DNA of 64,000 nucleotides from Vicugna vicugna (Eukaryota), in the NCBI GenBank assembly GCA_013265495.1, contig MU058337.1, positions 3,838,880 to 3,902,879 on the forward strand, given 5' to 3'. Below the pieces are notes generated by a model that searched no databases, was not told the origin of the DNA, and was given only the letters and a program-made list of their open reading frames with translations. The position numbers and the translations under genes were made by a program. Within the stretch, counting starts at the first letter, position 1, and the number at the start of each line of letters is the position of its first letter. Of the stretch, positions 26,689 to 38,425 are shown piece by piece.

Positions 26689-28457
26689 GATATGGAAAAC
26701 TTTTGATGATCAATTTAAATCTTAAACCATGTGTTATTAAAAGTTTTATCTCATCTTCAGGTCAAAATATTATTAACCCTTTACATTATATTTACTATTA
26801 TTTTTCCTCCTGATGAAATTATAAGGGGAGGAATTAGCTACATACTTGATATCCCACTTCAAATAGAATTCATGAAAGTTAATGTGTTAAAAATGACAAT
26901 CCATAGGAGCAGTGTAGTTTAATTTGAACAAATAATCCTATGGGTAGCTGAACTTTACTCCTCAGACTCATAAACGCACGTAGATGAGCTACTAAGTACC
27001 ACTGGAGGCCAAATGAGTACTAGTTGTTCTTTGGTTAATTTGTGCTTTGAAACTGCTCTTCTGTTTCGCAACTTTTTGTATGGTTTTGGCCCCTTATTTG
27101 TGTTTGTTTGAGAAATTTGGGTATAAGCAATAAGTTTACAAGTAAGAATTGATATTTCCAGGTTTGTAACATTTCTATTTGCATTTTAGCCATAACACCA
27201 AAAATATATATTACACATGGTATACAAAACGGTATCATTGAAAAAAATGTATTTTATACTAGTTTATTTTTTTATGTAATATTGACTCCTCCCTTGACAT
27301 TCAGAGAACTTTAAGTATAGCAGGCAAAAGAAGATAGAAAAAAATAAGGAATATTGCAATAGAACCCAGTAAAAATTTATCTAAGCATAAAGATTGATGT
27401 AATGAGGAGTATTAATTATACTAACTTATGTTGTTAACAGTGTGAGATTGTTAGTAAAGGAAAAATTCTGTGTAAATTAAACATTTTCTTCTTTTATCCC
27501 TTTACCCAGTGGTAGCCATTGCTTCCTTGAAGAAATAGACACAACCACTGAGTTTTAGGAGCAGTACAATGGATCAGGAACAATCGTAGTTAATCCCTTT
27601 GTGTTTTCTGATAAGTTGTGAAATTGACATGGTAGAGCTTAACTGTACATTTATTCTAAACAATAACTAAATTAATTCACTGATGGCAATTTTTCAGGGC
27701 AAGAAGTCTCCATAAACATTGGCTCAAGTAAATTGAAGGAGAGGGCAAGCTAGTGTCATCGAGAAGGAAATCATGCTGTTATTCTTAGTTTGCCAAGCGA
27801 AAATGAAATGGAAGTAGCACAAATGTGTCTGTTACGGCAATTTGTGAAGGTCACACAATTAGTAACTTATTGAACTTATATTAGAAGCAAGATCTGCCTC
27901 ATCACATATTCAGGCAATTTCCATTATACTGTAGTGTGAATTCCAGTCTCATTAACAAGCAACACATGCATGTAACCTTTGTCTAAAAATGCTCTTGTCA
28001 TGGAAAATCCTGGTAATTTTATTTGCAGGAGGGCTGGCAAGGAATGATCTAAGAATCCTATTTCTCTTTGTGTGGATCCCAGCTAAGAACCCTTGAGCAC
28101 ATTCATTTTCCTTGGCTATCTCAAAGCTATCCACTTAGAAAAAAAAAATAATATTTTAAGAAAAAGCTAAACTATTGGAAAATTAATTAGAAAGTTTTTG
28201 ATATTCAATATAAATTTGAAATCAGAGCCTCATAACATTGTTATGCATCCCACAAATATTACTCCAATTATTAGAAAAAACAAAAAGCAAGAAATTTTCC
28301 AATTTCTAAGCCCATTTTACCTCTGAACCTACCTTGGCCAAGCTCTTCACTCTCAAATATCCTCAGACTTAGGCTGTTTGTATGCCTGTTCCACGAAGTG
28401 TTCCTCCTTTGTCATTTACCAGCTATTCTGTTCTTAGCTTCCCTACATCTTTCCCTA

Positions 28458-28489
28458 GATCTTGAGAGCCTCTGATCTTGAGAGCCTCT
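28458..28489. repeat. Perfect 16-bp tandem duplication (gatcttgagagcctct)x2
   Basis: Read directly from the sequence. Confidence 0.95.
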
Positions 28490-31400
28490 CCATTTCCTCC
28501 TAGCAATATTCTATCCGTTAGAAAATATTTTCTCTTTCAGTAAAGTTGAAGGAAAAACTAAATCTCCATCCTTCTCAGTTTGTCTGTTGAGCTGCTTTTC
28601 TGGTTCAGGCACAATAAACTGCACTGGATTAAACTGTTATTAAGCAGAGCTTATAAACACAAATGCCCTCTTTGGGAGAGGAGGTAAAGAAAGGCTTACC
28701 ACATCTTTCTACATGGGTATGCCTTTTCTTTCTCTTAAAAAGTGGCCATTTTCCAAATCAAGGAAAGGACACAGAGAATCTGAGGGTCCCCAGAGCTATC
28801 ATGAATTATTGGGCACAGGACTTTTCATTAGGGTGAACATTCTGTTTACGTATCCTAAAGGCAACTTAAACCTGATTTACTTAATACAGCATAATATGGG
28901 ATGTTGAAATAATAAATCCAGTGGTAGTTGGCTTCCCTAGTGAAAAACCTATTTGAAGATGGATTTGCCGTCTTATTCACATTTGTATTCCCAATACTTT
29001 AAAAGGATCCTGGAATATAAGAGGTACGAAATAAATATGAATTAGAAGAAACTTTGACTCATACATGGCTAATGGGTCCTTTAACTACATGATATTTTAA
29101 CAGTGAGGGAGGAAGAGATTTTTACAGGTTTCAAATGAAAATCTAGAAAATTGGTGTTGATGATTTGATGGCCAGATGTGGTCCTTTTTTCTTAATGCTA
29201 TTCTGTCTTCCACCCTCCCCTTTTCTTTTTTAAGTCACTTGAACTGAACTCTTACACCATTGCCACAGGGCGAGTCTAGTGTGTAAGAAATGTAGGTGTC
29301 CGTAATTTGAAAGAGGCAGACAAGCCCTAGTTGATGCCAGGTGCCAACTACTCTGTACTCGATGATCGTTGTGCTGGTTTTCCCTCCTTACCTCACGGAA
29401 GCTCTTACTGTTAGAGAACTTTTTATTAAACAGAAATGTTTCCAGGAGGCCAAATAAATGTTGGACTATTGAAAAGGAAGCTGTCTTCCTACCTCCTGTG
29501 CGTTAACACAACAGAGAGCATTCATTCATCAAGCCAGCCCTGGGAGGATAAAATGTGGAAGAGTTCAGTTTCAACAAGGTTCTTGAGGAAGAGAATGGGA
29601 ATGGCTGAATAAACACTAAGCTTCAAGGGCAGACTAACTGCCTTTGTCTGAGGCTTTGGTTGTCATCTCTAGGATGGTTGAAGCCGGTAGGTTAGAAGGA
29701 TGAAGGGCAAAGGCAGAGAGAGATGACAAAGATAAAGGGAGACCCAGACCTCCCTGAGAAGGGTTTTTAAGTGCGGCCATCTTGTCTGAGATTTATATTA
29801 AAAAAAACTATGTATACTTTTACTGTAAGTAACTACGTATGTTTTTTAATGATATCTTTTGAAAGGGAAGAGTGTTGGTTATGAGAAAATCCCAATCACA
29901 AGGCACAGTCTCTCAGACTCCACAGCATACATTTTAAACCCTGGCGGAGATTTGTTAGATGCCTAAAACCAAAAAGACTATTACAAAGAGTTTTTCAAAA
30001 CAACAAAAAGCAAGCCTGAGTCTTCCCTAGAATAGAACTTTGTTCTTCCGCCTAGAGCAAATGTTTCAGCTGAATTACTTTCGGGACTTTATAAGGTGTT
30101 GACACGACTTCTGGTTTCACGTCGTAAATGTGCCACCCTAATAATCCCTGTTTAATTACTGTTTATTACAAATGAATTCTCTCAGCATTCCGGCGTGGCA
30201 CTTTTCATTTTTCTGTCAGTGAAGTTTCTCTGGCAGAACTTTTGCCCCCAGCTACCAATGATATGATCCCAAGCATGCTCTGATCCAGAGACCTTGGGGA
30301 AAAGCACCTGGAATGCTGGAGGCAACGTCTTTGTCAATACTCAAATATATGAAAACTAAACAAGTCTTTAAAAATGACAGAAGTAGGCACTGCACCTTCA
30401 AAGCAAATGTTTTCTAAAGACTGAATTATATATTCGTGAGTTAGCATCATCCCCATTCTGACCAAATATCCTCTCTTTGGAAGACTGATGGCTAATGAGA
30501 ATTAACAGGAATAATAATTTCCCCTCTCCAGTTGCTCACATCTAATATACACTAGATTGACAACACAGAAACACAAGAAAAGGATATGAGACAATCTGAG
30601 TGGCAAAATATTCTAGAGGTAGGCCCAAAATTGAGCTAATTTTTATGATCATTGTATAAAATAACAGCTGGCCTTAATGCAGTATCAAGGGCTGAATGTT
30701 CTGGTAACACCAATATACAGGAATTAGAAAAAAAATCAAGTCAATAAATAATGTTTTCCCTGCAAGGATCAGATGGCCAAAATCTGTGAAATAAATACTT
30801 GTGATAAGCAAAGCTCATGGTGAGACAATGGGGCTATTCATTGTTACCAGAAAAGGACATCACCACCAATATAAGAAGTTGAGATTTTAAACTTTGGGTA
30901 ATTAATTTCAGTCAGAGTTGGATTCAAGGTCAGTTGTGTAATACCAGCCATTATTTTCCCTTTGCTACCTTTGGCAGGCATTTTCCATGGCTCATCCATA
31001 AATAATTAAGGCCAGACTATCTGCTGCATCAGCTTAACTACTGTAGGGAAATGCAGAGGGCCAAGATTTTGTTTCACTTGTAACTTCTAATAGAAAGGGA
31101 AACAACCTTCTCTGTGTATTAAGAAATGAGTCTTACTTCCTGCATAAACAACACAAACATTTCTTTTTAAGCATTCAATATGTTCATTTCCATCTGGACC
31201 TTTCTAAACTGCTTGAGTAAATTGAGAAAAATTACCAAAGCAAAAGCCTTATGCACATACTGCCAGCGTGAAACAATTTAAATCTGAGGTAACCTCCAGC
31301 TGACAATAGTGAGTCATCAGGATAATGTAATATTTTGTGAGACATGTGATGGAATAACAATTTGAAATTTAGCAATATGAATCATGCTTCCAAAGCATGA

Positions 31401-33289
31401 GAAGGGTGTCCAAAGGGACACTTGGGACTCCTCCATTTAAGACTGGTTTGGGAAAGAGACAATCTCTAGGCTGCCCATAAAATGAGAAGTAGACTTAATG
31501 GGGTTAAGGTTGGTTTATGAGTAGGTCAAAAAGTTCAGTTGGTAATATTTTAATTTCTTCAGGGGAAGTGATTTTGATTTCTCTTCATTCTTATAAATGT
31601 TTCATTTAGTTTACAACAGATGCGCCTTTGAAATGTATATTTTAAAGTGAAGAGATTCAGTTTCAGTCAAAGATACTGTATTTCAATTCAGTAAATGTTC
31701 ACGTATGTATGTGCAAACTCTAGACTAACGTCATTGTGCAGGAGAGAGAATAACAAATTAGATATTAAAGATTTCAAGGTAGCTGCCTAATCCAGACCTA
31801 AACAAACATAAAATACGCAGCTTACCCAGCTCTAAGTTGAGGGGTCTGCTATGGCGAAGTGGAAAGAATTGTGGACTTGAATCGCAATTTGAATTAGATT
31901 TGTGTGAACCCAGCCAAAATGCTCAGGTGGGTTGAGATCGTAGGGGACTGTGTATGCTGAAGTTAGTTGACAATCACTGTACAAGTTTCAGGAAGCAAAA
32001 CAACAGAGGAAAGCGGGACAAGAATATGAAGAAAAAATGAGGGACTTGAGAGTTACGCTTGTATGACCTTGTATGTCTTTAAGAAATAACCATGGTTTGG
32101 GGACAATCACCTCAACTTTTGATCCCAGAGGAGGTGATTCCACTGCTACTGCCAGTGTGCGGGTCCACAGATATACCTACTCACGTAGCTGAGTTGGTTT
32201 CCTTTTACACCTTTTCTGTGCAACCTCAAGACCAAAGCCAGTTATTTGGGGGTCCACAGTGAAATCAAAACACCTTCATGTTTCCGGGTTTTAATTTTCT
32301 AAAATAATAGCAGAAAATAGTATTTAAATTATCCTGAAGAGATGTTATAGAGAGAGAATTAAAATTAATTCATACAAATGCATGAAAATTCACTTGTGTT
32401 TTTATGTCAGTGCTTGTTGTGATCTACTCTGAGCCTTTAGACTTGTTTAGGCATGAAGGGATTTTGTGATACAGTGTGGCTTGAGGACTATTTGACTCAT
32501 AAGTCAATCAAATGTGACATTCTGTGCTAACTTGAAATATAAAAGTATTGGTTCCACAAAGATATATTTAAACTATATTCTAGCAGCTGGAAAAGGAACA
32601 CAATAAACCACAGGCCTAAAATTATAATAATAAAAGGGAGGACTTTGACTTAGTTTGTATCCTCAAAGACAGAAAAAAGTTTAAATTAAAAGCTTCTCAG
32701 AATATAATGTTGCTTAAATTGAGTTGCATGATTCAAGTTTGCTTTAGTTCATTCTTCAAGTAGAACTCAGAAACAAATTAGCAGTGAGTTGGTAAGGGAA
32801 ACAGAATGTAGAGATGGAAGGCAAAGACAATTTGCCCTCTTGAGGCTCAATGCCTAAAGGGCTGCCTTCTACTTCAGAATGGGTAATACACTTACAGCGC
32901 AGCGAATCTGTCACACGCCCAAGAGGATGCATGCTGCACCGTTTCCTCCAAGGGGGCCCTCAGAGGTGGCAGATTTATCATAAAAATAATTCTGCATTTT
33001 CACATGTTCCACTCTTAAAATCTGGTGGAGCAGATTTTTTTTTTTCACAAAGAATTTGTTGTTTCAAACCACTTTTCATCTCTGAAATCCTCTTTTCTTT
33101 AATTTTTATTGTTCTTTTCTGTGTACTCTGGGCCATTAGCAACCTGCTCTCCAAGATGCCCATGAAAAGAGGCTCATTTTGCCCTTGGCTGCTCTCAGAG
33201 ATTTTAGAGCATGTGGATTTAGACAGTGACTAGATAAGCACCTGCTGAGACTGGCTCGTGGTGTGGGGCCTCTGGAAAAGTGAGCCTAG

Positions 33290-33500
33290 GTGTTTATGTA
33301 TAGTTCCGTCTGACAGGAGTTCTTTCATTTGGCCTGACTCTACCACTTACTAGGTCTGTGCACCCTCAGGCAGATTCTTAATGTTTTTATGCCTTAAATG
33401 TCTCATCTCAAAAATGGCCATCAGATTGTACGTAAATCTATAGGGTTCCGTTGAGATAGTCAGCCCTCCCCAGGATAATGTTTGCAGTAGGCCTGAACAA
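33290..33500 (+). mobile_element. MIR SINE
   Basis: gactctaccacttactaggtctgtg..ggcagattcttaa..tctcatctcaaaaatgg. Confidence 0.7.
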
Positions 33501-35049
33501 ATCAGTGACTGACCTGCGCTTACCGATCTAGTGTAGGGCACGCTGTCTGATATTCTACCATTCTTCATATTCGGGACAAATTTGAAAACAAGCTTGAGCC
33601 CCAGCCATTTAGGCACCAGTGGCAGGAACCAGGACCTCTGATTCCATATCAGCTAAAGAGGGTAAAGATTCCTCCCCAGTTTTTGTGAAGAACAAAATAA
33701 ATTAAAAAGTTGAAAGCATGTTTATGAGTTTTAAAAGCACAGTTCTGATTATAACCATGATCATGACCACATTGGTACCATGCTCTTTGATCAGGAAGTT
33801 GAATTCCTGACTCCCAGTCAGGGAGAACAGGGACACTACTGAGTGAGTCACCTGGCGAACGTCGCCGAGGTGCTGGCAATGAACCCTCCTGGTTTTGAAA
33901 TGCTTGCTCGACATGTGGGGAGAGCCCTGGGAAGGAATCTCTGCTGTAGTGAGGTCACAGAGCTAAGGGCTTCCATGTAGCCTCAGGGGCTGCCCAGGGC
34001 CAGAAGCTGTGCTGTGGGGGAGCCGTTGTCAGGAGAGGCTGAGGGCGTGTGAGTCACAAAAACACATATGACCCCACTGAACGGAGGTCATGTTTTGTTT
34101 CCTAAAATGAGTAGTTAGATTCTATAAGGATTTCTTCGTTACCACCAATGTTACTGATTTATTGGTTTGACTGGGGCACCAGAGACTAAGTTGTAACAGT
34201 CAAGGAAAGCTTAGTTTTGGTATTTATCTATATACTACTTGAAGGGTCTCTTTGATTTAAGCGTGTAGAAGGTATTCTGGGAGAAGAACCACATAAACCT
34301 ATGAAATGAGAACTATAAGCATTTTGCTAAATGAGTTAACCCTAATTACACAAACATGCGTTGCAAAGTACAAATGACTTACAGTTTGGTTTATATGTTC
34401 ATTTCTAGTTTTTTCTAACTGGAAACAGAACCCTCCTCATCAGGGTTCTCTATAACCAGCGACCAGTATTTACAAGCTTACCTTGAGGCCCTGCCACCTC
34501 AGACCGGGAATCACAGTATCTTCCTATTAGGTCTTTTAATCCAGATTAGGGAATTTCCAGATTACCCACCAGAAATTTTTCAGAGTTTAGAAATAATATG
34601 AAACCTCTATTTTTAGTCCCAAAATTTGCTTTCTTTCAGTATATGCTCTGAAAGTGCTCACTGCCTTTACCCTCTGTGCCTACAAGACATGGGCACCCTC
34701 TGTGCCGGTGACTTAACCACAGTGGGTAGAAATTATTGCTGCTGGTTTTTAAAGGCAGGGAAACAGATCCCGGGGGATCAGTTCTTCCTGAAATCTCATG
34801 AATTTCATGGACTGAGTAGTACTCTCTCATTTCTGCATCTCGCCACCCCCAGGCTTATCTGAACCATGTTTGGAAACAGCTTAATCTTACTGTTTAATGA
34901 TACTTCAAATACATGTCCATCCCTTGCCTTTGATTTCTTAGGTATAGAAATGGGTGGCACCAAAGCAGTAAATACAATGAACACTTTCTGAATACATCCA
35001 AGTCGAGATAATACTGTAAACCCATGGAACCAACGGCAGAAGTTACAGT

Positions 35050-36500
35050 AGTGCAGGTGGAGGTGTATTGGATGTAGAGGAGCCAGTCCTGGGAAGAGCT
35101 CTGGGACACAGTAAAGAGAGCAAATTCAGAGGTCCCGAGATGAGACCAAGCTTTGCGATGAGACGAAGGCCAGTGTGGCATCATCACACAAGGGCGAAGG
35201 TGGAAGGAGGCAAGCAGAGGTGGTTGTGTTAGTCCTAGTGTTGCTGTATCAAATGACCACAAGCAGGGTGGCTTAAAACAAGAGAAATTCACTTTTGCAT
35301 AAACCAGAAGACCAGAAATCAAAATCAAGGTGTCCGCAGGGTTGTTCCTTTCGGGAAGCTCTAAGGGAGAATCTGTGCTGTGCCTTTTCCGAGCTGCTGG
35401 GGGGTGGCCGGCGGGGCTTGAGGTTCCTGAGCTGTTAACTGCATCCCTCCAACCTCTGCCTCCATGTCCACATGGCCTGCACCCCTGTGTCTCCTTAATG
35501 TCTCTGTGTCTCTCTTCTTCTTATGAAGCTACCAGTCATGTTAGATTTAGGGCCCAAGCTTATCCCGGATGACCTCATCCTAACATAACTGACTACATCT
35601 GCAAAGACCCTGTTTCAAGGTTAGGTCACATTTTGAGCTTCCGTGTGGACATGACTTTTGAGGGGACACTATTCAACCCAGTACAGTGGGCAGTTGATTG
35701 CCAGATTATACAGGGCCTTGTAACACATTACATGGAAACTGGAGTGTGGTTTTTTTGTTTGTTTTTTGTTTTGTTTTTATTTTTCTAAATGTAATGTTAA
35801 ATCCTCAGATGGCTTTTAGCAGAGAAAAGGCATAATCTGATTTATACATTTGTATCATTCTGACAAGTATGTAAAGAAAGAGTTTAGGTAGAAAAGAGAA
35901 GACATACAAAAAGCCAGTGCATTGACAACTGCAGTAATCAAGGTGAGAGATGATAGTGGTTTGATAGTGGTTTGATAGCATGTCGGCATTTACAACCAAG
36001 GGATGCAGACACTTTGGGGAACTATCTGAAAGATATAAATAACACGTGTGGCTGATGGATTTGATGTGGGAGTGAGGGGCAGGGAGAGACCTGAGATTTC
36101 TGCTTTGAGTAACTGGGTGGAGGATGGTACCGTTTACTACAGTAGGGAAGGTTGCCAGCTGGGTGTGGATGGATAGAAATCAAAAGTTCCACTTTGGACA
36201 CATGATACTTGAGTTGTACGTTAGAATTCCAAGTGGAGATAACACAAGGCAGTTGGAGCCTGGAGAGAGGTCAGGACTTGAAAGATAAATTAGACAGTTA
36301 TCAGCAAGTTAAGGGTAATTAAAGCCATGCTGGATGAGGTCATCTGGAGTTTGAGGGTAGAATGAGAGGAGAGCCTGGAATGCATCCCAGGATACACTCC
36401 TGTTTAGAGGCTGGTTATAGGAGGAGGAGGATGTAGCAAGACAAACTGGGCTAGAGGAGCTATGTAGAAATGAAGAGGTCCAGGAAGGCGGAGGTCACAG
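35050..36500 (-). mobile_element. L2 remnant interrupted by an MLT1C-like LTR
   Basis: cagattatacagggccttgtaa, gcagtaatcaaggtgagagatgatagtggtt, atcaaaagttccactttggacacatg. Confidence 0.8.
35225..35685 (-). mobile_element. MaLR solo LTR (MLT1C-like), full length with 5-bp TSD
   Basis: TG...CA ends; gggtggcttaaaacaagagaaatt..tacatctgcaaagaccctgtttc..gggacactattcaaccc; TSD gtggt / gtggg. Confidence 0.92.
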
Positions 36501-36629
36501 AACTCCCTTCCCACTCACAACCCTTCCTACTGTGTGCCCAGTGATGTGGAAGTCACATGAGGAAGATTCCATTCGTTGTTCAAGATCCTCACTGTTTTCT
36601 CTACCAGTCACTTCTCACAAGTGGCTCTC

Positions 36630-36965
36630 CGCATGGGAAGAATATTCTTCATTCAACATTGACCTAAGGCTTGGCTGTGGGACTAGCTGTGGCCAATGAA
36701 CTGTGAGTGGAACTGACAGGTTATTCACTGCACAGAAGCGTTCAGAGCCGTTGCATGTTCTGCATTGTTCTGTTTCTTCAGGGTCAAGGAAGGTGCATCT
36801 GGGTAGGCTCACTCCTTCAGCACAAACGCAAAATGGAGAGGATGTGAAGAGCAGATCTGTACCCAGCCTTTAATGTCAGGAAGAATAAATCTTTTTACTG
36901 TGAGCCACTGAGATTTGGGGATTTCCCAGTAACCACAGCATAACCTAGAAAAAGCTGAGGAAACC
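36630..36965 (+). mobile_element. MaLR LTR (MLT1H/I/J-like) 3' part
   Basis: gactagctgtggccaatgaactgtgagtggaa..aataaatctttttactgtgagccactgagatttgggg..cacagcataacctag. Confidence 0.8.
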
Positions 36966-37021
36966 ATCACATTTTATGTAGAACAGTTATAAAGTGAGAT
37001 GTTCTTCCTGATTCTGGAGCC

Positions 37022-37236
37022 CACGGTATTGTGGAAAGAATAGCAGCTTTTACATCAAACTTACCTAAGTTTAGACCCCTAATCTGCCACATACTAACTT
37101 TGTGAACTTCAGCACACTAATGGGTGTCTCTGAGCCTCAGTCTTCCTATCTGGAAAAAAAGGGGTAGCTATCTTACAGGACTATTGTGAGGAGTAAATGT
37201 GATAATATTTTTTAGAGCACTCAGTATATTTCTGGC
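37022..37236 (+). mobile_element. MIR SINE
   Basis: tctgccacatactaactttgtgaac..tctctgagcctcagtcttcctatctggaaaa. Confidence 0.8.
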
Positions 37237-37699
37237 CTCTTTCCACAAGTGTCCTCCAAAATTATACATTCATTTCTTCTTTCTTTCATTATCTCTTAAT
37301 TCAGGTTTGGATTACAAGGCACTAGTAGGTTGATCAATCATCGCTAAGTCATTAGAAAGGGGGAAGATATAACCAAAGAATCTATAGAGTCCAGGCTGGG
37401 GAGTGTCCCCTGCTCCTGGGCTTGGCTCCAACAGTGTGGCCTGATGCCCAAGAAATGGAGACCACACCACTGTCAGTAACAGCCTTCATTCACACCACAG
37501 TCAGTCCCAGGGGACCCAGTTCAGAAAATAACCCAGACCATCTTTAATAAAGGAGGTACCTCGGGGAGTGGTGCAGGTCCCATGACAGAGCAAGTAGTAG
37601 GACCTTTAGTCTCTGGACTATGTTTGGGCAAAAAAAAAGAGTAGAACTCTTAGAGGTTAAACTTGTAGAAACTAAGCATAAGGCTAAAGAATCAGAAAT

Positions 37700-37885
37700 T
37701 TGTATTTACTTAATGGAGAATTAGCATCTCACCTAAACCACATTATCCTTTTGAAGCAGGTATATTCATAACCATTTTACAGGTGAAGAAACTGAAGCTG
37801 AGAGACTAGATAACAGAGTTGGAAGCCGCACCCAGCATTATATGCCCCTCAAAGTCCATATTCTTTCCACTATACACACTGCTTC
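37700..37885 (-). mobile_element. MIR SINE
   Basis: ccattttacaggtgaagaaactgaagctgagaga. Confidence 0.8.
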
Positions 37886-37964
37886 TCTAAAAAATAATGA
37901 ATAAAATAAAAGATAAGGTAAAAATCTAGACTTGTGACCCTAGCCCATAAAAGAAAAAAAGAGG

Positions 37965-38425
37965 GGAAAATGGGAAACATGATCACCGAAAAAGCTGTAC
38001 AAAAATGATTCTAGCAGCATTATTTTTAATAGCCAAAATGTAGAAAATAACCCATATACCCATCCAGTGGGTAAACAAGTTGTGATCTATCCTTACAATG
38101 GACTATTATTCAGCCTTAAAAAGGAAGGAAATTCTGACAACATGGTACAACATGAATGGACTTTGAAAACATGCTCAGTGAAGGAAGCCAGACACAAAGG
38201 CCACACAGTGTATGGTTCCACTAATGTGCAGGACCCAGAACAGGGAAATCCATAGAGAATTCTATCAAGTAGATGAGTGGTTGCCAGAAGAAAGGGATAG
38301 AAGGGAATGGGAGTGATGCTTGATGGGTGTGGGGTTTATTTTGGGGTGATGAAAATGTTCTGAATTTAGTGCTGGTGGTACAACCTTGTGCATATGCTGA
38401 AAACTAAGGGACTGTGCACTTCAAA
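37965..38425 (+). mobile_element. L1MB-type 3' end
   Basis: tattattcagccttaaaaaggaaggaaattctgaca..gaagccagacacaaaggccac..ttggggtgatgaaaatgttctg. Confidence 0.9.

Noticed and set aside
34894..35572. Longest ORF in the track (144 aa) and an adjacent 80-aa ORF
   Set aside because: They run through MLT1C and L2 sequence and show no protein-like features.
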